The notes below the pieces were generated by a model. That model saw only the letters and a program-made list of their open reading frames with translations, had not been told where the DNA came from and did not search any database. From contig JAOAGZ010000002.1 of NCBI GenBank assembly GCA_026415495.1, forward strand, positions 4,394-68,393: DNA of 64,000 bases. The letters run 5' to 3'. This DNA is from Ignavibacteria bacterium. Its GTDB lineage: Bacteria; Bacteroidota; Ignavibacteria; Kapaibacteriales; UBA2268. Below are positions 19,552 to 27,872 of this stretch, one piece after another (position 1 is the first letter of the stretch; each line of letters opens with the position of its first letter). The position numbers and the translations under genes are program-made.

Positions 19552-19669
19552 TTAACTTGCTATAATAATAGTCTTAAAGTCTTCCAATTAGTGCTAACTA
19601 AACGATTAATTGGCAATCAAATATTTATTAATTATTTTTCATTTATTTGCTTATTTCAAAACTCTATAT

Positions 19670-19689
19670 TACTTTTGCGTTATATAACG
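19670..19689 (+). promoter_or_regulatory. Candidate promoter -7 box plus palindromic operator upstream of the octaheme cytochrome operon
   Basis: TACTTTTG (19670-19677) matches the Bacteroidetes-type TAnnTTTG box. It is followed directly by the perfect 12-bp palindrome CGTTATATAACG (19678-19689), 25 nt before the ATG. Confidence 0.25.
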
Positions 19690-19713
19690 TAACAGTAATA
19701 CGGTTTAGTAATT

Positions 19714-21288
19714 ATGAAAAAAACAATAGGATTAATTCTGATTTTTTTGCTGCCTGTATTAATAGTCTATTTAATATTTTTTGAACCAGAATATAAGCCT
19801 ACAAAGTTAGAATTATTAAAACAAACAATGCAGCAGAAAAAGAAATCTGCAGTAGATCACAGTAAATTTGCTGAATTGAATAAAAAATTTGAACGACCGC
19901 AAGAAATAACGAAAACCTGTATCAGTTGCCATAATAAGCGAGATATTGAAGTAATGGCAACATCTCATTGGCGTTGGTTAATAGACGAGTATATGGAAGG
20001 TAAAGGGATAATATCTCTTGGGAAACGAAATGCTTTAAATAATCATTGCATTTCAATCGGTGGAAGTGAAGGAAGTTGTAATAGATGCCATATCGGTTAT
20101 GGCTATGATAGCAAGAATTTCGATTTCACTAAATCAGAAAACATTGATTGTCTGTCGTGCCACGATAATTCCGGGTTATACGAAAAAGAAAAGGAAGCGG
20201 CTGGATATCCAAAACCTAACTTAGATTTCGCTAAAATTGCTCAAAGCGTTGGTCGCCCAAAGATGGAAAATTGTGGATACTGTCATTTTAATGGTGGAGG
20301 CGGAAACAATTCGAAACATGGCGATCTGGAAGAGGCATTGTATACAGCCAATCGGAATGTTGATGTTCATTTAGCACGTGACGGTGGAAATTTTGATTGT
20401 GTGGATTGCCATAAAGCAGAAAACCATAATTTAAAGGGCAGACTATATACTGTTGCATCAATGGATCGCAATCGTCTTTTATGCGAAGACTGTCATAGCG
20501 AAGCACCGCACAGTGAAAGTATCATCAATGAACATACTACTAAGGTAGCTTGCCAAACTTGTCATATTCCAACTTATGCAAAAGTAAACCAGACAAAAAC
20601 TTTCTGGGACTGGTCGAAAGCCGGGAAGCTTAAAGATGGAAAACCATATAAAGTGGACAACGAACAAGGAAATGACATTTATCTGTCTGAGAAAGGAGAA
20701 ATTCGGTGGGAGAGCAATTTAACCCCTGAATATGTTTGGTTCAAAGGCACTGCAACTCATTATTTATTAGGTGATAGCATAAAAAAAGTTCCAGTAAAAT
20801 TGAACGAGTTCAATGCGAACTATTACGATATGAACTCGAAAATATACCCTGTCAAAATAATGAGGACAATCCAGCCATATGATCCTGTTTACAACAGGCT
20901 TGTATCCCCAAAATTATGGGACAAAGAAGAAGGAAAAGGAGCATTTTGGAAAGACTTTGATTGGGCAAAAGCAATTGATACCGGAATGAAATATGTAAAT
21001 CTTGATTGGAGCGGGAAATATGGATTTGTTCAAACAGAGATGTATTGGTTGTTGAATCATATGGTATCCCCAAAAGAACAATCATTGAAATGCAACGATT
21101 GCCACACAAGAAATGAAAGCAGGTTGAAAGCAATTAAGGACGTTTACCTACCAGGAAGAGACAGAAATGTCTGGATAGACAATATCGGAATAGCGTTAAT
21201 TTTGGCTGTCGTATTCGGTGTTGTAGTTCACGGCGGAACAAGAATAATCTACCAAAGAAGAAAGAAAAATAATAAAGGAGATAAATAA
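19714..21288 (+). CDS. Octaheme c-type cytochrome, tetrathionate reductase (OTR) family, with a C-terminal membrane anchor
   Basis: 524 aa with eight CxxCH motifs (CISCH, CNRCH, CLSCH, CGYCH, CVDCH, CEDCH, CQTCH, CNDCH). It has an N-terminal signal/anchor. A C-terminal hydrophobic helix (IGIALILAVVFGVVV) is followed by a basic tail (RRKKNNKGDK). Confidence 0.85.
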   Translation: MKKTIGLILIFLLPVLIVYLIFFEPEYKPTKLELLKQTMQQKKKSAVDHSKFAELNKKFERPQEITKTCISCHNKRDIEVMATSHWRWLIDEYMEGKGIISLGKRNALNNHCISIGGSEGSCNRCHIGYGYDSKNFDFTKSENIDCLSCHDNSGLYEKEKEAAGYPKPNLDFAKIAQSVGRPKMENCGYCHFNGGGGNNSKHGDLEEALYTANRNVDVHLARDGGNFDCVDCHKAENHNLKGRLYTVASMDRNRLLCEDCHSEAPHSESIINEHTTKVACQTCHIPTYAKVNQTKTFWDWSKAGKLKDGKPYKVDNEQGNDIYLSEKGEIRWESNLTPEYVWFKGTATHYLLGDSIKKVPVKLNEFNANYYDMNSKIYPVKIMRTIQPYDPVYNRLVSPKLWDKEEGKGAFWKDFDWAKAIDTGMKYVNLDWSGKYGFVQTEMYWLLNHMVSPKEQSLKCNDCHTRNESRLKAIKDVYLPGRDRNVWIDNIGIALILAVVFGVVVHGGTRIIYQRRKKNNKGDK

Positions 21289-21290
21289 TT

Positions 21291-21935
21291 ATGAAAAAAG
21301 TATATATTTATCGTGGATTTGAAAGATTTTGGCACTGGGCACAAGCATTTTTGGTATTTTTCTTAGGGTTTACCGGATTTGAAGTCCACGGTTCTTTTAG
21401 TTTTTTTGGATTTGAACAAGCAGTAAAATTGCATATAATTGCCGCATATTCATTAATAATCCTGATTGTATTTGCAATATTCTGGCATTTTGCAACGGGA
21501 GAATGGAAACAATACATCCCTACTCTTGAAAACATTAACAAACAAATACGCTACTATATTACAGGGATATTTCATAATGCACCACATCCGGTACGTAAAA
21601 CTGCATTGAGCAAGCTAAATCCTTTACAAAGACTTGTATATTTAGGACTTAAAATTATACTTTTCCCACTGATGATAACTACCGGCATATTATATTTATT
21701 TTATAGATTTCCTCAGGATGAAACCGGAATTAAAATTACAATTAATAATTTAAGCACCATTGCTTATTGGCATACAATAGGAGCTTTCCTATTGGTTGCG
21801 TTTGTGATAGCACATTTATACTTAATTACGACAGGACAAACAATTACATCCAATTTAAAAGCAATGATTACTGGTTATGAAGAATTAGAAGAAGAACAAG
21901 AAAAAGAAGAGGTTGAAGATGAAAACACAAAATAA
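21291..21935 (+). CDS. Membrane di-heme cytochrome b (Ni/Fe-hydrogenase/PhsC-type cytochrome b family)
   Basis: 214 aa with four predicted TM helices bearing conserved His (FERFWHWAQA…, …WHFATGEW…, …WHTIGAFLLVAFVIAHLY). It starts 2 nt after the cytochrome c stop and has GGAG upstream. Confidence 0.75.
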   Translation: MKKVYIYRGFERFWHWAQAFLVFFLGFTGFEVHGSFSFFGFEQAVKLHIIAAYSLIILIVFAIFWHFATGEWKQYIPTLENINKQIRYYITGIFHNAPHPVRKTALSKLNPLQRLVYLGLKIILFPLMITTGILYLFYRFPQDETGIKITINNLSTIAYWHTIGAFLLVAFVIAHLYLITTGQTITSNLKAMITGYEELEEEQEKEEVEDENTK

Positions 21936-22437
21936 TTTTATGAATCCATATTTGGCTGGATTTTTATTGGGTTTGCTGCTGCTTGTTACCTTTGTAGTTA
22001 CAGGTCGGGGGCTTGGCGCAAGTGGAGCAATAAAAAGCGTAGTAGTGGCAGGAGTTGAGACAATTTCACCTACACACGCAAATAATTCGGAATTCTACAA
22101 AGAGTATGTAGCTTCACATAATGAAGGAGCGTTAAAGAACTGGCTTGTGTTTGAAATATTAGGGGTTATTGCCGGAGCTTTTGTTTCAGGATTGATAGCT
22201 AATAGACTGACCTGGAAGGTAGAGCACAATCCAAAAATAAAATCACGAACACGCTTAATTGCGGCATTATTTGGCGGAATGTTGTTTGGGATAGGTGCTC
22301 AATTTGGTCGTGGCTGCACAAGCGGTGCTGCTTTGAGCGGAATGGCTGTTCTTTCTGCGGGCGGGGTGCTTACAATGTTTGCTATTTTTGCCACAGCATA
22401 TGCTCTGGCATATATTTTTAGAAAATTGTGGATATAG
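21919..22437 (+). CDS. YeeE/YedE-family sulfur-compound transporter, first half
   Basis: Polytopic, with the conserved GRGCTSGAALSG motif. The ATG at 21919 has AGAGG 6 nt upstream. The ORF is also open from 21913, and an alternative ATG lies at 21940. Confidence 0.8.
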   Translation: MKTQNNFMNPYLAGFLLGLLLLVTFVVTGRGLGASGAIKSVVVAGVETISPTHANNSEFYKEYVASHNEGALKNWLVFEILGVIAGAFVSGLIANRLTWKVEHNPKIKSRTRLIAALFGGMLFGIGAQFGRGCTSGAALSGMAVLSAGGVLTMFAIFATAYALAYIFRKLWI

Positions 22438-22450
22438 AGGAGAAAAATAA

Positions 22451-23650
22451 ATGGGACCATTTGTTCCGGACATAATCAGCAACGAGTTAAACTTGGTTGT
22501 TGCATTGATAATTGGCTTCTTTTTTGGATTTATACTTGAACAGGCGGGTTTTTCCTCGTCAAGGAAACTCGCAGGGTTGTTTTACGGTTACGATTTTACT
22601 GTGTTGAGGGTGTTTTTTACTGCTGGTGTAACTGCAATGATAGGGATTATAGTGCTAAGCTATTTAGGAATAGTAGACTGGAATATGTTGTACATAAACC
22701 CGGCATTTCTTTACTCTGCTATTATTGGTGGAGTTATAATGGGAGCAGGCTTTATTATTGGAGGATATTGCCCTGGAACGAGTTTTGCAGGAGCATCTAT
22801 AGGTAAAATTGATGCAATAATATTTATCATTGGTGGAGTATTAGGAGTATTTATTTTTGCAGAGCTTTATCCGTATTTCAAAAGTATTTACCTTGGATTT
22901 GACTATGGAGAATTGAGAATAGATAAGTTATTAAACGTAAACCCGGGGATTATTGCTTTTGGATTTACGTTAATGGCTTTTGTTGCATTTATCTTCACAT
23001 CAAAGATTGAAAGTAAAGTAAATAAAATTAACACAAATGGTAAAAAGTTTTTTGAAATTCCAGAAAACAAACCACTAATATTTGGATTTATTTTTATAGC
23101 AGTATCATTAATTCTTACCTTTTTGCCGACCAGAGAAGTATATTTACAAAATAAAATTGAAAAAATTGCTCAGAAAAATGAAATTAAGCATATTGACCCA
23201 TTAGAATTTGCATTTAGAATAATTGATGAAGATAATTCTTTAGTAGTCGTTGATTTGCGAGAAAAGAGCGATAAAAGAAATAAAACAATACCTGGTTCGA
23301 AGAATATTCCATTCGAGGAGATATTCCTGAAAGAAAATCAAAATTTCATCAAAAAAAATCCTAAAACAATTGTATTTGTTGATAATCAAGGCACTTTATC
23401 AAGCAAGGCAGTAGCATTTGCTAACGAGATTGGTAATCATAGAACAGCAGCTCTTCAGGGTGGTTTAGACAGCTTTTGGAAACAGTTTCAAAACAAACCA
23501 AAAGAAATCAACCAAAACGATTTGCATCAAATTGCATACATAAATTTCATTACATCTGCACCAGAAAAATTACAAATACTTGAAACAAAATATTCACGCA
23601 GCACACAGGATACGGATACAAAACCTAAGAAAAAATCAGGTGGTTGCTAA
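22451..23650 (+). CDS. YeeE/YedE-family transporter, second half, fused to a C-terminal rhodanese-like domain
   Basis: 399 aa. The TM region carries GGYCPGTSFAG. Residues ~245-345 look like a rhodanese fold (VVVDLRE…IPGSKNIP…IVFVDNQGTLSSKA…LQGGLDSFW). AGGAG lies upstream of the start. Confidence 0.8.
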   Translation: MGPFVPDIISNELNLVVALIIGFFFGFILEQAGFSSSRKLAGLFYGYDFTVLRVFFTAGVTAMIGIIVLSYLGIVDWNMLYINPAFLYSAIIGGVIMGAGFIIGGYCPGTSFAGASIGKIDAIIFIIGGVLGVFIFAELYPYFKSIYLGFDYGELRIDKLLNVNPGIIAFGFTLMAFVAFIFTSKIESKVNKINTNGKKFFEIPENKPLIFGFIFIAVSLILTFLPTREVYLQNKIEKIAQKNEIKHIDPLEFAFRIIDEDNSLVVVDLREKSDKRNKTIPGSKNIPFEEIFLKENQNFIKKNPKTIVFVDNQGTLSSKAVAFANEIGNHRTAALQGGLDSFWKQFQNKPKEINQNDLHQIAYINFITSAPEKLQILETKYSRSTQDTDTKPKKKSGGC

Positions 23651-23716
23651 GAGTGAAAAAGTAAACAGAAATTTTTCGAGCTAAAAAAGAAGTTTTGAAA
23701 ATATGTAATATATAGT

Positions 23717-23724
23717 TAATTTTG
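23717..23724 (+). promoter_or_regulatory. Candidate TAnnTTTG -7 promoter box for rpmG
   Basis: TAATTTTG lies 33 nt upstream of the rpmG ATG. This is a pattern match only. Confidence 0.2.
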
Positions 23725-23756
23725 TAATTACTAAAATTGTATAATGGAGTTTGGAA

Positions 23757-23936
23757 ATGGCAAAAAAAGAACAAAGATTTATGATTACGCTCGAATGCAC
23801 TGAAGCAAAAGCTGAAGGGAAACCAGCTTCGAGATACACAACAACAAAGAATAAGCAAAATACCCCTGAAAGATTGGAGCTCAAAAAATACAATCCTTTT
23901 TTGAGACGTCACACTATTCACAGAGAAATTAAGTAA
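23757..23936 (+). CDS. rpmG: 50S ribosomal protein L33
   Basis: [18 protein letters not shown]…[33 protein letters not shown] matches the L33 consensus closely. The ORF is open from 23751. Confidence 0.9.
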   Translation: MAKKEQRFMITLECTEAKAEGKPASRYTTTKNKQNTPERLELKKYNPFLRRHTIHREIK

Positions 23937-23956
23937 TTAGGCTAATTTTAAAGAAA

Positions 23957-23996
23957 AAATGCCTTTCGAGTTGTATTTTGGAAGGCATTTTTTATT
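23957..23996 (+). terminator. Rho-independent terminator after rpmG
   Basis: AATGCCTTTC…GAAGGCATT stem followed by TTTTTATTT. Confidence 0.6.
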
Positions 23997-23999
23997 TAT

Positions 24000-24593
24000 A
24001 TGAAAGCTATCGGAATAAAAATACTGCACAGATTAATTGCACTTGTAAGCTCAACCTGGAGAATAAAAGTTATTGGCGAATGTGAAGAAACGCCTGCAGT
24101 TTTTGCATTTTGGCACGGAGAGATGCTGCCAATCTGGAAATATTTTTCTCAAAAAATTGAAGTAAAATTTGCAATTGTAAGCCTGAGCAAAGACGGACAA
24201 ATATTAGCAGAGCTATTAGAAAAGTGGAACTATTTCTTAATTCGAGGTTCTTCCTCAAAAAACAGCAAGGATGTATTGGAAAAGGCAACTGAATTAGCAA
24301 AAAATGCAAGTATTTTCATAACACCTGATGGTCCTCGTGGTCCTGCCCGAAAATTCAAAAACGGTGCGGCAATAATTGCCTACAGAAGTGAAGTGCCACT
24401 TTATCTTGTTCGAGCATTTATAAGCGGCAAGATTATTTTCAAGAAAAGTTGGGATAAATTTATTTTGCCACTACCATTTTCTAAGATACGTATTGTTATT
24501 TCTGAGAAGTATTATATTCCAAAAGAGCTTACGAGAGAAGAAGTATCGGAAATGATTACAAAAATTGAAAATATAATTAATTCAATCAGATAA
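24000..24593 (+). CDS. DUF374-domain protein (LPLAT-like, typically associated with Kdo transferase/lpxK)
   Basis: 197 aa. FWHGEMLP and ITPDGPRGP are DUF374 signatures. It lies directly upstream of lpxK. Confidence 0.75.
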   Translation: MKAIGIKILHRLIALVSSTWRIKVIGECEETPAVFAFWHGEMLPIWKYFSQKIEVKFAIVSLSKDGQILAELLEKWNYFLIRGSSSKNSKDVLEKATELAKNASIFITPDGPRGPARKFKNGAAIIAYRSEVPLYLVRAFISGKIIFKKSWDKFILPLPFSKIRIVISEKYYIPKELTREEVSEMITKIENIINSIR

Positions 24594-24594
24594 A

Positions 24595-25617
24595 ATGATA
24601 ACTAATTTTTTTTCAAAAGTATACGGGAAAATAGTAAAATACAGAAATCGCAGGTATGACCGGGAAGAACACCTTTCGACGAAAATATCTATTCCCGTCA
24701 TCAGCGTTGGTAATCTTTCAGTAGGCGGTACCGGCAAAACACCTTTTGAAGAACTTTTAGTAAAATTGTTGCAATCATTAGGTAAAAAGCCAGCAATTAT
24801 TGGGCGTGGGTACAAAAGACAATCAAAAGGTGAGATAATTATTTGCGATGGGAAAAAAGTATTAGTTGATGCACGCGAAGGCGGAGACGAATTAGTATTG
24901 CTTGCAAGAAAGTTAATGGTACCAATAATTGCAAATGAATCAAAAGTAGAGGCTGCATTGTCTGCTGAAAGAAGATTTGATATAGATTGTGTAATTGTCG
25001 ATGATGGGTTTCAACACAGAGCGTTAAAAAGAAATATCGATATTGTGATTGTAGACAAAGAAACAATCGAAAAGCCTTATTTGCTTCCGAAAGGAATGTT
25101 ACGGGAACCTTTAGAATCACTCAGTCGGGCAAATGTTGTTTGTCTTACCGGTGGAGCAAAGATAACAGATGAATTGAAGCAGTTTACAAACCAAGATGCA
25201 ATTTTCATAAAAGTAACTGTTCAAAGTGGAGACCCTTATATTTTAGGAAATGCGAAAAGCGATCTTGAAGAAATTGATAGAATAAGAAAAAAGGAAAAAA
25301 TTGTTGCTATTGCAGGAATAGCTAAACCTTACAGATTTTATGAAATGGTGAAAAAATTGGATTACAATCTTGTTAATTATTTGAATTTTAGCGACCATTA
25401 TTATTATGATAGGAATGATATTGAAAAAATAAGACGTTTTGCTGAAAATAACAATTCACGTTATATTGCACTAACAGAAAAAGATGCTGTGAAATTAGTT
25501 AAATATATCGACAGATTTGAACATTATGGTATGAAACTGATAGTATTTCCAATTACGATGACAATAAGCGAAGGAGGCAAGACATTTACAAATTTCTTGA
25601 AAATCAAGTTGGGGTAG
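24595..25617 (+). CDS. lpxK: Tetraacyldisaccharide 4'-kinase
   Basis: 340 aa. VISVGNLSVGGTGKTP is the P-loop and DDGFQH is also present. Confidence 0.9.
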   Translation: MITNFFSKVYGKIVKYRNRRYDREEHLSTKISIPVISVGNLSVGGTGKTPFEELLVKLLQSLGKKPAIIGRGYKRQSKGEIIICDGKKVLVDAREGGDELVLLARKLMVPIIANESKVEAALSAERRFDIDCVIVDDGFQHRALKRNIDIVIVDKETIEKPYLLPKGMLREPLESLSRANVVCLTGGAKITDELKQFTNQDAIFIKVTVQSGDPYILGNAKSDLEEIDRIRKKEKIVAIAGIAKPYRFYEMVKKLDYNLVNYLNFSDHYYYDRNDIEKIRRFAENNNSRYIALTEKDAVKLVKYIDRFEHYGMKLIVFPITMTISEGGKTFTNFLKIKLG

Positions 25618-26923
25618 CAACACTATTTAATAGTTCAGCGAGTTTTTTAGCGGCATTTTTCCGTTCAAATTGTTGAATTACTTCCAGATTTGGCTTAATA
25701 ATCGCAGAATTTGATTTCCATAAATTAATATATTCTAAAAAAATATCAGAAATAGTATTAATCTCGGTCTGGTGAGCAACTTTCCCAGAGTTTGTTTCAT
25801 AAATTAAGCGAGCAATAGCTCCGTTGATAGGGGCAATTGCAAGTATTGGACGCTGAACTCCGATGTATTCATATACTTTTCCAGGAACTATTTCTTCGCT
25901 TTCTTTCGATTCATCTACAACAAGCAACAAAGCATCGGAAGCCATAAGATGAGCAATGCTTTCTTTGTGTGGAATATAGCCAATAATTTCAATGTTCTGT
26001 TTGAAAGAACAATTATTGAACATATCAAGAACTTCGTTGCCAAAACGCCCGATGAACTTTAATCTGAAATCATTGACGCTGGTTTTATTTTGAGATAAAA
26101 GATTTTCGATAGCAATAAGTAAAGAATATGGATTTCGTCTGCCATACATTGAACCGGTATAGGTAAGCGTAAACTTCTCGTTTCTTTTGTATTCAACATT
26201 CGGGAAATCGTCGGAATCAAATCCATTCGGGACGTGAATAAATTTATCTTTAATCAATGAAGGATATTTGGATAAAGCATCTTTAATGATTCCTTCCCAA
26301 GCACATTCAACATAATTACTTTCTTCGAATACTGATTTTTCCAAATATCTGTCTATCTTGGCTGGTAAAAACCAACGTTTAGGTGCAGAAATAAATCCAG
26401 TCCAAGGGTCGCGAAAACCTGCAACCCAAGGTAATTTAGTTTTTCGCTTAGCATATCTTGCAATTAATGAACAAGTATAAGGAGGCGAAGATGAATAAAT
26501 AGCCTTGCAATTGTATTCACTGATAATTCTTACAGCTTCGTTTTTTGCAGTAAGCAGCCATCCGACGCGAGCATCCGGAATAAAAAAAGTAGCTCTGATA
26601 AATTCAGCGATACGTTCTTTTAAATTCAGTTCCTGGTTATCTTTCTTTATAGTATTAACATCAATAGGAGTGCCAGGCTTTTTGCCAGTAAAAAACCTGT
26701 AAATATCATATGGTTCATAAATTTTAGTTCGACGAACAATCACATCATCCGGAATTTCAGCAAACAAAGATTCATCCCGAGCGGGAAATTGTCCATTTTC
26801 GACAGTAAGAACAATTGGCTGCCAACCGAACTCACGAATATACTTGATGTGTTTTAGAACACGTTGGACGCCAGGACCACCAGATGGTGGGAAATAATAA
26901 GCAATTACAAGGAAATTGTTCAT
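25604..26923 (-). CDS. Glycosyltransferase (GT-B, GT4-like)
   Basis: 439 aa. The N-terminus (YYFPPSGGPGVQR) and the C-terminal E(x7)E-like region (PGKVYEYIG) fit this class. The 3' end overlaps lpxK by 14 nt (convergent). Confidence 0.8.
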   Translation of the reverse strand: MNNFLVIAYYFPPSGGPGVQRVLKHIKYIREFGWQPIVLTVENGQFPARDESLFAEIPDDVIVRRTKIYEPYDIYRFFTGKKPGTPIDVNTIKKDNQELNLKERIAEFIRATFFIPDARVGWLLTAKNEAVRIISEYNCKAIYSSSPPYTCSLIARYAKRKTKLPWVAGFRDPWTGFISAPKRWFLPAKIDRYLEKSVFEESNYVECAWEGIIKDALSKYPSLIKDKFIHVPNGFDSDDFPNVEYKRNEKFTLTYTGSMYGRRNPYSLLIAIENLLSQNKTSVNDFRLKFIGRFGNEVLDMFNNCSFKQNIEIIGYIPHKESIAHLMASDALLLVVDESKESEEIVPGKVYEYIGVQRPILAIAPINGAIARLIYETNSGKVAHQTEINTISDIFLEYINLWKSNSAIIKPNLEVIQQFERKNAAKKLAELLNSVATPT

Positions 26924-27798
26924 TATTCAATATTTTGCACTTGTTCGCGAATTTTTTCAAGTTCTTCCTTGCAGTGAACAACAAGGTGAGAAATCTCGGT
27001 ATCATTTGCTTTGCTACCGATAGTGTTAATTTCTCTATGAATTTCTTGCAAAAGGAAATTGATTTTTCTACCTTCGGAAACCTTAGATTTAACAGCATCA
27101 TTGAAAAACTTGAAATGAGAATAAAGCCGAGTGCATTCTTCCGAAATATCGAGTTTATCGGCAAGCAAAATAATTTCAAGTTGGAGGCGATGTTCGTCAA
27201 TTTCGTCACTTTCAAAAAGCTGAGCTACACGATTTCTCAATCTTTCTCTTTCCTGAGGCACTTTATTTAAACTGATTTGTTCAATTTTTTGAACATTTTC
27301 GTGAATTTTTTTCATTCTGGCAATAATATCTTTTGAAATTTGTTGCCCTTCCCGAAGTCTCATTGCATCGAGGTTTTTGAGAGCCTGCTTGAGCGACTTG
27401 GTAATAAGTTTCATACAGACATCTTCATTTATTGCATCATCTTGCTTATAGAGTAAATCACGAAAAACCAAAATATTTTCGAGTTTGACAGCATCTTTCA
27501 GCTTTAATTCTTTTTTGATTTGGTTAAGAACATTATAGCAGGCGGCAGCAGCTTCAAGATTTAAATTGAAACTTTTGACAGATGGATCGGCATCAACATT
27601 AATTGAAAGAAAAACGGTTGCTCGAGACAAATTACTTCTTAAAATTTCGCGAATTTCGAGTTCGTGGTGAGACAAAGATTTGGGCAATCGGCAATTAATT
27701 TCTAAGTTTTTACCATTTAATGTTTTTATTTCAACAGTAACGTAAATTCCATTTTCATTGAGTTCTACTTTGCTGAACCCAGTCATACTTTTGAGCAT
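26923..27798 (-). CDS. YicC/YloC-family stress-induced protein (endoribonuclease family)
   Basis: 291 aa. It has MLKSMTGF at the N-terminus and a C-terminal DUF1732-like region (…QEIHREINTIGSKAND…). Confidence 0.85.
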   Translation of the reverse strand: MLKSMTGFSKVELNENGIYVTVEIKTLNGKNLEINCRLPKSLSHHELEIREILRSNLSRATVFLSINVDADPSVKSFNLNLEAAAACYNVLNQIKKELKLKDAVKLENILVFRDLLYKQDDAINEDVCMKLITKSLKQALKNLDAMRLREGQQISKDIIARMKKIHENVQKIEQISLNKVPQERERLRNRVAQLFESDEIDEHRLQLEIILLADKLDISEECTRLYSHFKFFNDAVKSKVSEGRKINFLLQEIHREINTIGSKANDTEISHLVVHCKEELEKIREQVQNIE

Positions 27799-27872
27799 AA
27801 AAATCCCATTTAAAATTTAGAATAATTACAAAATTACCTTATTTTAACGAATAAAAAAACAATAATAGGTAA

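Noticed and set aside
19584-19613. An inverted repeat CCAATTA-N16-TAATTGG lies downstream of the DUF1624-like gene.
   Set aside because: The 7-bp AT-rich stem has a 16-nt loop and no T-run. It is too weak for a terminator, and a chance occurrence in AT-rich intergenic DNA is likely.
23757-23936. L33 lacks the CxxC…CxxC zinc ribbon. This C-minus form could indicate a Zur-regulated zinc-sparing paralogue.
   Set aside because: No Zur-box-like motif or paired C+ copy is visible here, and C-minus L33 is the only form in many lineages. The question cannot be evaluated from this window.
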